From: the human T2T-CHM13v2.0 reference genome, Homo sapiens
Assembly: GCF_009914755.1 (NCBI RefSeq)
Contig: NC_060947.1
Length of the DNA: 64,000 nt
Strand: one strand, 5' to 3'
The position numbers were made by a program, and so were the translations under genes. The number at the start of each line of letters is the position of its first letter. Position 1 is the first letter of the stretch. Shown one piece after another: positions 34,901 to 47,674 of this stretch. The notes beneath the pieces were generated by a model that saw only the letters and a list, made by a program, of their open reading frames with translations, was not told the origin of the DNA and searched no databases.

Positions 34901-37900
34901 GAGTTGAATACAAACATCACAAAGAATGTTCTGAGTTTGCTTCCGTTCAGTTATGGGAAGTTGATCCCGTTTCCAACGAAATCCTCAGAGAGGTCCAAAT
35001 ATCCCCTCGCAGATTCTACAAAACGTGTGTTTGGAAACTGCTCCATCATAACGAATGTTCAGCTCCCTGAGTTAAACTCCATCGTCACAAAGAATTTTCT
35101 GAGAGTGCTACCGTCTGGTTTTTATATGAAGTTCTTTCGTTCACTACCACAGGCCTCAAAGCGGTCCAAATCTCCACTTGCAGATTCTACAAAAAGAGTG
35201 TTTGCAAACTGCTCTATCAAAAGGAATGTTCAACTCTGGGAGTTGAATGCAATCATCACAGAGCAGTTTCTGAGAATGCTTCTATGTCGTTTTTAGAAGA
35301 TATTTCCTTTTCCAACACAGTCCTCCAAGCCCGCTAAATAGCCACTTGCACATTGTAGAAAAAGTGTGTCAAAGCTGCGCTATCAAAGGGAAAGTTCAAC
35401 TCTGTGAGGTGAATGCAAACATCCCAAAGAAGTTTCTGAGAATGCTTCCGTTTAGCTTTTAGGTGAAGATTATCCCGTTTCCAACGAAACCTTCAAAGAG
35501 GTCCAAATATCCCCTTGCGGATCCCACAGAAAGAGTGTTTCGAAACTGCTGTTTCAAAAGGAATCTTCAACTCTGTGAGTTGAATGCAATCATCACAAAG
35601 AAGTTTCTGACAATGCTTCTCTCTCGTCTTTCTGTGAAGATAAAGGAAAAGGCTTTCAGGCCTTTTCCACCACAGGCCTGAAAGCGCTCCAAATGTCCAC
35701 TTGCAGATTCTGCGAAAAGAATATTTCAAAACTGCTCTATGAAAAGCAATGTTAAACTCTGTGGCTCGAACACAAACATCACAAAGCGGTTTCTGAGAAT
35801 GCTTCAGTTTAGTTTTTCTGTGGAAATATTCCCGTTTCCAAAGAAATCTTCAAAGAGGTCCACGTATCCACTTACAGATTCTACAAAAAGACAGTTTCAA
35901 AACTGCTCCATCAAAAGGAGGGTTCAACCGTGTGACTTGAATGCAATCATCACTCAGAAGTTTCTGAGAATGCTTCTCTTTAGTTTTTACGTGAACATAT
36001 ACCCGTTTCGAACGAAAGCCACCCAGTGGTCCAAATATCCACTTGCAGATTATACAGAAAGAGTGTTTCGAACCTGAACTCTCAAAGGCAGGTTCATCTC
36101 TGCGAGTTAAATGCATTCATCATGAAGAACTTTCTCAGAGTGTTTGTGTTTAGTTATGGGAAATTATTCCCGTTTCCAACGAAATCCTCAGAGAGCTCCA
36201 AATATCCACCTGCAGATTCTACCAAAAGTGTATTTGGAAACTGCTCCATCAAAAGGCATGTTCAGCTCTGTGAGTGAAACTCCATCATCACAAAGAATAT
36301 TCTGAGAATGCTTCCGTTTGCCTTTTATATGAAGTTCCTTCCTGTACTACCGTAGGCCTCAAAGCAGTCCAAATCTCCATTTGCAGATTCTATAAAAAGA
36401 GTGATTCCAATCTGCTCTATCAATAGGATTGTTCAACTCCATGAGTTGAATGCCATCCTCACAAAGTAGTTTCTGAGAATGCTTCTATCTGGTTTTTGTG
36501 TGAAGATATTTCCTTTTCCACCACAGGCCTCAAAGCCCTCCAAACGTCCACTTGCAGATTCTCGAAAAAGAGTGTTTCATAGCTGCTCTTTCAAAAGGAA
36601 AGTTCAACTCTGGGAGTTGAATACAAACATCACAAAGTAGTTTCCGAGAATGCTTCTGTTTAGTTTTTATGTGAAGATGATCCCGTTTCCAGTGAAATCT
36701 TCAAAGAGGTCCACATATTCCCTTGCAGATTCCAAAGAAAGAGGGTTTCAAAACTGCTCCATCAGAAGGATTGTTCAACTCTGTGAGTTGAATGCAGTCA
36801 TCGCAGAAAACTTTCTGAGAATGCTTCTGTCTAGGTTTGATGTGAAGATATAGACGTTTCAAACGAAGGCTACAAAGTGGTCAAAATATACACTTGCAGA
36901 TTCTACTACAAGGGTGCTGCAAACCTGAACTATCAAAGGAAGGTTCAACTCTGTGAGTTGAATTCAAACATCACAAAGAATGTTCTGAGTTTGCTTCCGT
37001 TCAGTTATGGGAAGTTGATCCCGTTTCCAACGAAATCCTCAGAGAGGTCCAAATATCCCCTCGCAGATTCTACAAAACGTGTGTTTGGAAACTGCTCCAT
37101 CATAACGAATGTTCAGCTCCCTGAGTTAAACTACATCGTCACAAAGAATTTTCTGAGAGTGCTACCGTCTGGTTTTTATATGAAGTTCTTTCCTTCACTA
37201 CCACAGGCCTCAAAGCGGTCTAAATCTCCACTTGCAGATTCTACAAAAAGAGTGTTTGCAAACTGCTCTATCAAAAGGAATGTTCAACTCTGGGAGTTGA
37301 ATGCAATCATCACAGAGCAGTTTCTGAGAATGCTTCTATGTCGTTTTTAGGAGAAGATATTTCCTTTTCCAACACAGTCCTCCAAGCCCGCTAAATAGCC
37401 ACTTGCACATTGTAGAAAAAGTGTGTCAAAGCTGCGCTATCAAAGGGAAAGTTCAACTCTGTGAGGTGAATGCAAACATCCCAAAGAAGTTTCTGAGAAT
37501 GCTTCCGTTTAGCTTTTAGGTGAAGATTATCCCGTTTCCAACGAAACCTTCAAAGAGGTCCAAATATCCCCTTGCGGATCCCACAGAAAGAGTGTTTCGA
37601 AACTGCTGTTTCAAAAGGAATCTTCAACTCTGTGAGTTGAATGCAATCATCACAAAGAAGTTTCTGACAATGCTTCTCTCTCGTCTTTCTGTGAAGATAA
37701 AGGAAAAGGCTTTCAGGCCTTTTCCACCACAGGCCTGAAAGCGCTCCAAATGTCCACTTGCAGATTCTGCGAAAAGAATATTTCAAAACTGCTCTATGAA
37801 AAGCAATGTTAAACTCTGTGGCTCGAACACAAACATCACAAAGCGGTTTCTGAGAATGCTTCAGTTTAGTTTTTCTGTGGAAATATTCCCGTTTCGAAAG

Positions 37901-40900
37901 AAATCTTCAAAGAGGTCCACGTATCCACTTACAGATTCTACAAAAAGACAGTTTCAAACTGCTCCATCAAAAGGAGGGTTCAACCGTGTGACTTGAATGC
38001 AATCATCACTCAGAAATTTCTGAGAATGCTTCTCTTTAGTTTTTACGTGAACATATACCCGTTTCGAACGAAGGCCACCCAGTGGTCCAAATATCCACTT
38101 GCAGATTATACAGAAAGAGTGTTTCGAACCTGAACTCTCAAAGGCAGGTTCATCTCTGCGAGTTAAATGCATTCATCATGAAGAACTTTCTCAGAGTGTT
38201 TGTGTTTAGTTATGGGAAATTATTCCCCTTTCCAACGAAATCCTCAGAGAGCTCCAAATATCCACCTGCAGATTCTACCAAAAGTGTATTTGGAAACTGC
38301 TCCATCAAAAGGCATGTTCAGCTCTGTGAGTGAAACTCCATCATCACAAAGAATATTCTGAGAATGCTTCCGTTTGCCTTTTATATGAAGTTCCTTCCTG
38401 TACTACCGTAGGCCTCAAAGCAGTCCAAATCTCCATTTGCAGATTCTACAAAAAGAGTGATTCCAATCTGCTCTATCAATAGGATTGTTCAACTCCATGA
38501 GTTGAATGCCATCCTCACAAAGCAGTTTCTGAGAATGCTTCTATCTGGTTTTTGTGTGAAGATATTTCCTTTTCCACCACAGGCCTCAAAGCCCTCCAAA
38601 CGTCCACTTGCAGATTCTCGAAAAAGAGTGTTTCATAGCTGCTCTTTCAAAAGGAAAGTTCAACTCTGGCAGTTGAATACAAACATCACAAAGTAGTTTC
38701 CGAGAATGCTTCTGTTTAGTTTTTATGTGAAGATGATCCCGTTTCCAGTGAAATCTTCAAAGAGGTCCACATATCCCCTTGCAGATTCCAAAGAAAGAGG
38801 GTTTCAAAACTGCTCCATCAGAAGGATTGTTCAACTCTGTGAGTTGAATGCAGTCATCGCAGAAAACTTTCTGAGAATGCTTCTGTCTAGGTTTGATGTG
38901 AAGATATAGACGTTTCAAACGAAGGCTACAAAGTGGTCAAAATATACACTTGCAGATTCTACTACAAGGGTGTTGCAAACCTGAACTATCAAAGGAAGGT
39001 TCAACTCTGTGAGTTGAATACAAACATCACAAAGAATGTTCTGAGTTTGCTTCCGTTCAGTTATGGGAAGTTGATCCCTTTTCCAACGAAATCCTCAGAG
39101 AGGTCCAAATATCCCCTCGCAGATTCTACAAAACGTGTGTTTGGAAACTGCTCCATCATAACGAATGTTCAGCTCCCTGAGTTAAACTCCATCGTCACAA
39201 AGAATTTTCTGAGAGTGCTACCGTCTGGTTTTTATATGAAGTTCTTTCCTTCACTACCACAGGCCTCAAAGCGGTCCAAATCTCCACTTGCAGATTCTAC
39301 AAAAAGAGTGTTTGCAAACTGCTCTATCAAAAGGAATGTTCAACTCTGGGAGTTGAATGCAATCATCACAGAGCAGTTTCTGAGAATGCTTCTATGTCGT
39401 TTTTAGGAGAAGATATTTCCTTTTCCAACACAGTCCTCCAAGCCCGCTAAATAGCCACTTGCACATTGTAGAAAAAGTGTGTCAAAGCTGCGCTATCAAA
39501 GGGAAAGTTCAACTCTGTGAGGTGAATGCAAACATCCCAAAGAAGTTTCTGAGAATGCTTCCGTTTAGCTTTTAGGTGAAGATTATCCCGTTTCCAACGA
39601 AACCTTCAAAGAGGTCCAAATATCCCCTTGCGGATCCCACAGAAAGAGTGTTTCGAAACTGCTGTTTCAAAAGGAATCTTCAACTCTGTGAGTTGAATGC
39701 AATCATCACAAAGAAGTTTCTGACAATGCTTCTCTCTCGTCTTTCTGTGAAGATAAAGGAAAAGGCTTTCAGGCCTTTGCCACCACAGGCCTGAAAGCGC
39801 TCCAAGTGTCCACTTGCAGATTCTGCGAAAAGAATATTTCAAAACTGCTCTATGAAAAGCAATGTTAAACTCTGTGGCTCGAACACAAACATCACAAAGA
39901 GGTTTCTGAGAATGCTTCAGTTTAGTTTTTCTGTGGAAATATTCCCGTTTCCAAAGAAATCTTCAAAGAGGTCCACGTATCCACTTACAGATTCTACAAA
40001 AAGACAGTTTCAAAACTGCTCCATCAAAAGGAGGGTTCAACTGTGTGACTTGAATGCAATCATCACTCAGAAGTTTCTGAGAATGCTTCTCTTTAGTTTT
40101 TACGTGAACATATACCCGTTTCGAACGAAGGCCACCCAGTGGTCCAAATATCCACTTGCAGATTCTACAGAAAGAGTGTTTCGAACCTGAACTCTCAAAG
40201 GCAGGTTCATCTCTGCGAGTTAAATGCATTCATCATGAAGAACTTTCTCAGAGTGTTTGTGTTTAGTTATGGGAAATTATTCCCGTTTCCAACGAAATCC
40301 TCAGAGAGCTCCAAATATCCACCTGCTGATTCTACCAAAAGTGTATTTGGAAACTGCTCCATCAAAAGGCATGTTCAGCTCTGTGAGTGAAACTCCATCA
40401 TCACAAAGAATATTCTGAGAATGCTTCCGTTTGCCTTTTATATGAAGTTCCTTCCTGTACTACCGTAGGCCTCAAAGCAGTCCAAATCTCCATTTGCAGA
40501 TTCTATGAAAAGAGTGATTCCAATCTGCTCTATCAATAGGATTGTTCAACTCCATGAGTTGAATGCCATCCTCACAAAGTAGTTTCTGAGAATGCTTCTA
40601 TCTGGTTTTTGTGTGAAGATATTTCCTTTTCCACCACAGGCCTCAAAGCCCTCCAAACGTCCACTTGCAGATTCTCGAAAAAGAGTGTTTCATAGCTGCT
40701 CTTTCAAAAGGAAAGTTCAACTCTGGGAGTTGAATACAAACATCACAAAGTAGTTTCCGAGAATGCTTCTGTTTAGTTTTTATGTGAAGATGATCCCGTT
40801 TCCAGTGAAATCTTCAAAGAGGTCCACATATCCCCTTGCAGATTCCAAAGAAAGAGGGTTTCAAAACTGCTCCATCAGAAGGATTGTTCAACTCTGTGAG

Positions 40901-43900
40901 TTGAATGCAGTCATCGCAGAAAACTTTCTGAGAATGCTTCTGGCTAGGTTTGATGTGAAGATATAGACGTTTCAAACGAAGGCTACAAAGTGGTCAAAAT
41001 ATACACTTGCAGATTCTACTACAAGGGTGTTGCAAACCTGAACTATCAAAGGAAGGTTCAACTCTGTGAGTTGAATACAAACATCACAAAGAATGTTCTG
41101 AGTTTGCTTCCGTTCAGTTATGGGAAGTTGATCCCGTTTCCAACGAAATCCTCAGAGAGGTCCAAATATCCCCTCGCAGATTCTACAAAACGTGTGTTTG
41201 GAAACTGCTCCATCATAACGAATGTTCAGCTCCCTGAGTTAAACTCCATCGTCACAAAGAATTTTCTGAGAGTGCTACCGTCTGGTTTTTATATGAAGTT
41301 CTTTCGTTCACTACCACAGGCCTCAAAGCGGTCCAAATCTCCACTTGCAGATTCTACAAAAAGAGTGTTTGCAAACTGCTCTATCAAAAGGAATGTTCAA
41401 CTCTGGGAGTTGAATGCAATCATCACAGAGCAGTTTCTGAGAATGCTTCTATGTCGTTTTTAGAAGATATTTCCTTTTCCAACACAGTCCTCCAAGCCCG
41501 CTAAATAGCCACTTGCACATTGTAGAAAAAGTGTGTCAAAGCTGCGCTATCAAAGGGAAAGTTCAACTCTGTGAGGTGAATGCAAACATCCCAAAGAAGT
41601 TTCTGAGAATGCTTCCGTTTAGCTTTTAGGTGAAGATTATCCCGTTTCCAACGAAACCTTCAAAGAGGTCCAAATATCCCCTTGCGGATCCCACAGAAAG
41701 AGTGTTTCGAAACTGCTGTTTCAAAAGGAATCTTCAACTCTGTGAGTTGAATGCAATCATCACAAAGAAGTTTCTGACAATGCTTCTCTCTCGTCTTTCT
41801 GTGAAGATAAAGGAAAAGGCTTTCAGGCCTTTGCCACCACAGGCCTGAAAGCGCTCCAAATGTCCACTTGCAGATTCTGCGAAAAGAATATTTCAAAACT
41901 GCTCTATGAAAAGCAATGTTAAACTCTGTGGCTCGAACACAAACATCACAAAGCGGCTTCTGAGAATGCTTCAGTTTAGTTTTTCTGTGGAAATATTCCC
42001 GTTTCCAAAGAAATCTTCAAAGAGGTCCACGTATCCACTTACAGATTCTACAAAAAGACAGTTTCAAAACTGCTCCATCAAAAGGAGGGTTCAACCGTGT
42101 GACTTGAATGCAATCATCACTCAGAAGTTTCTGAGAATGCTTCTCTTTAGTTTTTACGTGAACATATACCCGTTTCGAACGAAGGCCACCCAGTGGTCCA
42201 AATATCCACTTGCAGATTATACAGAAAGAGTGTTTCGAACCTGAACTCTCAAAGGCAGGTTCATCTCTGCGAGTTAAATGCATTCATCATGAAGAACTTT
42301 CTCAGAGTGTTTGTGTTTAGTTATGGGAAATTATTCCCGTTTCCAACGAAATCCTCAGAGAGCTCCAAATATCCACCTGCAGATTCTACCAAAAGTGTAT
42401 TTGGAAACTGCTCCATCAAAAGGCATGTTCAGCTCTGTGAGTGAAACTCCATCATCACAAAGAATATTCTGAGAATGCTTCCGTTTGCCTTTTATATGAA
42501 GTTCCTTCCTGTACTACCGTAGGCCTCAAAGCAGTCCAAATCTCCATTTGCAGATTCTATAAAAAGAGTGATTCCAATCTGCTCTATCAATAGGATTGTT
42601 CAACTCCATGAGTTGAATGCCATCCTCACAAAGTAGTTTCTGAGAATGCTTCTATCTGGTTTTTGTGTGAAGATATTTCCTTTTCCACCACAGGCCTCAA
42701 AGCCCTCCAAACGTCCACTTGCAGATTCTCGAAAAAGAGTGTTTCATAGCTGCTCTTTCAAAAGGAAAGTTCAACTCTGGGAGTTGAATACAAACATCAC
42801 AAAGTAGTTTCCGAGAATGCTTCTGTTTAGTTTTTATGTGAAGATGATCCCGTTTCCAGTGAAATCTTCAAAGAGGTCCACATATTCCCTTGCAGATTCC
42901 AAAGAAAGAGGGTTTCAAAACTGCTCCATCAGAAGGATTGTTCAACTCTGTGAGTTGAATGCAGTCATCGCAGAAAACTTTCTGAGAATGCTTCTGTCTA
43001 GGTTTGATGTGAAGATATAGACGTTTCAAACGAAGGCTACAAAGTGGTCAAAATATACACTTGCAGATTCTACTACAAGGGTGTTGCAAACCTGAACTAT
43101 CAAAGGAAGGTTCAACTCTGTGAGTTGAATTCAAACATCACAAAGAATGTTCTGAGTTTGCTTCCGTTCAGTTATGGGAAGTTGATCCCGTTTCCAACGA
43201 AATCCTCAGAGAGGTCCAAATATCCCCTCGCAGATTCTACAAAACGTGTGTTTGGAAACTGCTCCATCATAACGAATGTTCAGCTCCCTGAGTTAAACTA
43301 CATCGTCACAAAGAATTTTCTGAGAGTGCTACCGTCTGGTTTTTATATGAAGTTCTTTCCTTCACTACCACAGGCCTCAAAGCGGTCTAAATCTCCACTT
43401 GCAGATTCTACAAAAAGAGTGTTTGCAAACTGCTCTATCAAAAGGAATGTTCAACTCTGGGAGTTGAATGCAATCATCACAGAGCAGTTTCTGAGAATGC
43501 TTCTATGTCGTTTTTAGGAGAAGATATTTCCTTTTCCAACACAGTCCCCCAAGCCCGCTAAATAGCCACTTGCACATTGTAGAAAAAGTGTGTCAAAGCT
43601 GCGCTATCAAAGGGAAAGTTCAACTCTGTGAGGTGAATGCAAACATCCCAAAGAAGTTTCTGAGAATGCTTCCGTTTAGCTTTTAGGTGAAGATTATCCC
43701 GTTTCCAACGAAACCTTCAAAGAGGTCCAAATATCCCCTTGCGGATCCCACAGAAAGAGTGTTTCGAAACTGCTGTTTCAAAAGGAATCTTCAACTCTGT
43801 GAGTTGAATGCAATCATCACAAAGAAGTTTCTGACAATGCTTCTCTCTCGTCTTTCTGTGAAGATAAAGGAAAAGGCTTTCAGGCCTTTTCCACCACAGG

Positions 43901-46900
43901 CCTGAAAGCGCTCCAAATGTCCACTTGCAGATTCTGCGAAAAGAATATTTCAAAACTGCTCTATGAAAAGCAATGTTAAACTCTGTGGCTCGAACACAAA
44001 CATCACAAAGCGGTTTCTGAGAATGCTTCAGTTTAGTTTTTCTGTGGAAATATTCCCGTTTCCAAAGAAATCTTCAAAGAGGTCCACGTATCCACTTACA
44101 GATTCTACAAAAAGACAGTTTCAAACTGCTCCATCAAAAGGAGGGTTCAACCGTGTGACTTGAATGCAATCATCACTCAGAAATTTCTGAGAATGCTTCT
44201 CTTTAGTTTTTACGTGAACATATACCCGTTTCGAACGAAGGCCACCCAGTGGTCCAAATATCCACTTGCAGATTATACAGAAAGAGTGTTTCGAACCTGA
44301 ACTCTCAAAGGCAGGTTCATCTCTGCGAGTTAAATGCATTCATCATGAAGAACTTTCTCAGAGTGTTTGTGTTTAGTTATGGGAAATTATTCCCCTTTCC
44401 AACGAAATCCTCAGAGAGCTCCAAATATCCACCTGCAGATTCTACCAAAAGTGTATTTGGAAACTGCTCCATCAAAAGGCATGTTCAGCTCTGTGAGTGA
44501 AACTCCATCATCACAAAGAATATTCTGAGAATGCTTCCGTTTGCCTTTTATATGAAGTTCCTTCCTGTACTACCGTAGGCCTCAAAGCAGTCCAAATCTC
44601 CATTTGCAGATTCTACAAAAAGAGTGATTCCAATCTGCTCTATCAATAGGATTGTTCAACTCCATGAGTTGAATGCCATCCTCACAAAGCAGTTTCTGAG
44701 AATGCTTCTATCTGGTTTTTGTGTGAAGATATTTCCTTTTCCACCACAGGCCTCAAAGCCCTCCAAACGTCCACTTGCAGATTCTCGAAAAAGAGTGTTT
44801 CATAGCTGCTCTTTCAAAAGGAAAGTTCAACTCTGGCAGTTGAATACAAACATCACAAAGTAGTTTCCGAGAATGCTTCTGTTTAGTTTTTATGTGAAGA
44901 TGATCCCGTTTCCAGTGAAATCTTCAAAGAGGTCCACATATCCCCTTGCAGATTCCAAAGAAAGAGGGTTTCAAAACTGCTCCATCAGAAGGATTGTTCA
45001 ACTCTGTGAGTTGAATGCAGTCATCGCAGAAAACTTTCTGAGAATGCTTCTGTCTAGGTTTGATGTGAAGATATAGACGTTTCAAACGAAGGCTACAAAG
45101 TGGTCAAAATATACACTTGCAGATTCTACTACAAGGGTGTTGCAAACCTGAACTATCAAAGGAAGGTTCAACTCTGTGAGTTGAATACAAACATCACAAA
45201 GAATGTTCTGAGTTTGCTTCCGTTCAGTTATGGGAAGTTGATCCCTTTTCCAACGAAATCCTCAGAGAGGTCCAAATATCCCCTCGCAGATTCTACAAAA
45301 CGTGTGTTTGGAAACTGCTCCATCATAACGAATGTTCAGCTCCCTGAGTTAAACTCCATCGTCACAAAGAATTTTCTGAGAGTGCTACCGTCTGGTTTTT
45401 ATATGAAGTTCTTTCCTTCACTACCACAGGCCTCAAAGCGGTCCAAATCTCCACTTGCAGATTCTACAAAAAGAGTGTTTGCAAACTGCTCTATCAAAAG
45501 GAATGTTCAACTCTGGGAGTTGAATGCAATCATCACAGAGCAGTTTCTGAGAATGCTTCTATGTCGTTTTTAGGAGAAGATATTTCCTTTTCCAACACAG
45601 TCCTCCAAGCCCGCTAAATAGCCACTTGCACATTGTAGAAAAAGTGTGTCAAAGCTGCGCTATCAAAGGGAAAGTTCAACTCTGTGAGGTGAATGCAAAC
45701 ATCCCAAAGAAGTTTCTGAGAATGCTTCCGTTTAGCTTTTAGGTGAAGATTATCCCGTTTCCAACGAAACCTTCAAAGAGGTCCAAATATCCCCTTGCGG
45801 ATCCCACAGAAAGAGTGTTTCGAAACTGCTGTTTCAAAAGGAATCTTCAACTCTGTGAGTTGAATGCAATCATCACAAAGAAGTTTCTGACAATGCTTCT
45901 CTCTCGTCTTTCTGTGAAGATAAAGGAAAAGGCTTTCAGGCCTTTTCCACCACAGGCCTGAAAGCGCTCCAAATGTCCACTTGCAGATTCTGCCAAAAGA
46001 ATATTTCAAAACTGCTCTATGAAAAGCAATGTTAAACTCTGCGGCTCAAACACAAACATCACAAAGCGGTTTCTGAGAATGCTTCAGTTTAGTTTTTCTG
46101 TGGAAATATTCCCGTTTCCAAAGAAATCTTCAAAGAGGTCCACGTATCCACTTACAGATTCTACAAAAAGACAGTTTCAAAACTGCTCCATCAAAACGAG
46201 GGTTCAACTGTGTGACTTGAATGCAATCATCACTCAGAAGTTTCTGAGAATGCTTCTCTTTAGTTTTTACGTGAACATATACCCGTTTCGAACGAAGGCC
46301 ACCCAGTGGTCCAAATATCCACTTGCAGATTCTACAGAAAGAGTGTTTCGAACCTGAACTCTCAAAGGCAGGTTCATCACTGCGAGTTAAATGCATTCAT
46401 CATGAAGAACTTTCTCAGCGTGTTTGTGTTTAGTTATGGGAAATTATTCCCGTTTCCAACGAAATCCTCAAAGAGCTCCAAATATCCACCTGCAGATTCT
46501 ACCAAAAGTGTATTTGGAAACTGCTCCATCAAAAGGCATGTTCAGCTCTGTGAGTGAAACTCCATCATCACAAAGAATATTCTGAGAATGCTTCCGTTTG
46601 CCTTTTATCTGAAGTTCCTTCCTATACGACCGTAGGCCTCAAAGCAGTCCAAATCTCCATTTGCAGATTCTACAAAAAGAGTGATTCCAATCTGCTCTAT
46701 CAATAGGATTGTTCAACTCCATGAGTTGAATGCCATCCTCACAAAGTAGTTTCTGAGAATGCTTCTATCTAGTTTTTATGTGAAGATATTTCCTTTTCCA
46801 CCACAGGCCTCAAAGCCCTCCAAACGTCCACTTGCAGATTCTCGAAAAAGAGTGTTTCATAGCTGCTCTTTCAAAAGGAAAGTTCAACTCTGGGAGTTGA

Positions 46901-47674
46901 ATACAAACATCACAAAGTAGTTTCCGAGAATGCTTCTGTTTAGTTTTTATGTGAAGATGATCCCGTTTCCAGTGAAATCTTCAAAGAGGTCCACATATCC
47001 CCTTGCAGATTCCAAAGAAAGAGGGTTTCAAAACTGCTCCATCAGAAGGATTGTTCAACTCTGTGAGTTGAATGCAGTCATCGCAGAAAACTTTCTGAGA
47101 ATGCTTCTGTCTAGGTTTGATGTGAAGATATAGACGTTTCAAACGAAGGCTACAAAGTGGTCAAAATATACACTTGCAGATTCTACTACAAGGGTGTTGC
47201 AAACCTGAACTATCAAAGGAAGGTTCAACTCTGTGAGTTGAATACAAACATCACAAAGAATGTTCTGAGTTTGCTTCCGTTCAGTTATGGGAAGTTGATC
47301 CCGTTTCCAACGAAATCCTCAGAGAGGTCCAAATATCCCCTTGCAGATTCTACAAAACGTGTGTTTGGAAACTGCTCCATCATAACGAATGTTCAGCTCC
47401 CTGAGTTAAACTCCATCGTCACAAAGAATTTTCTGAGAGTGCTACCGTCTGGTTTTTATATGAAGTTCTTTCCTTCACTACCACAGGCCTCAAAGCGGTC
47501 CAAATCTCCACTTGCAGATTCTACAAAAAGAGTGTTTGCAAACTGCTCTATCAAAAGGAATGTTCAACTCTGGGAGTTGAATGCAATCATCACAGAGCAG
47601 TTTCTGAGAATGCTTCTATGTCGTTTTTAGGAGAAGATATTTCCTTTTCCAACACAGTCCTCCAAGCCCGCTAA
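23000..47674 (-). repeat. 12-HOR block (24,674 bp), copy 1; boundaries uncertain by a few hundred bp
   Basis: Rare variants recur at a constant +24,674 offset (ORF-track pairs 24313/48987, 25213/49887, 28654/53328, 29297/53971, 38082/62756). 12 x 2057 minus 10 bp of observed deletions equals 24,674. Confidence 0.85.
33000..45333 (-). repeat. Tandem duplication of a 3-HOR unit (6167 bp); boundaries approximate
   Basis: Shared CAAGTGTCC, CTGCTGAT, CTGGCTAGG, a 3-bp deletion (about 35296/41463), a 1-bp deletion (about 37957/44124) and mutant boxes (38224/44391, 39075/45242), all at +6167. Confidence 0.9.

Noticed and set aside
36001-36017. Variant CENP-B box ACCCGTTTCGAACGAAA
   Set aside because: The change affects non-essential position 1 only, so binding is predicted to be unchanged.
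23000-47674. Numerical symmetry of 12 HORs x 12 monomers as a functional design
   Set aside because: Offsets of 2, 3 and 4 HORs also occur; one instance of 12 is readily coincidental.
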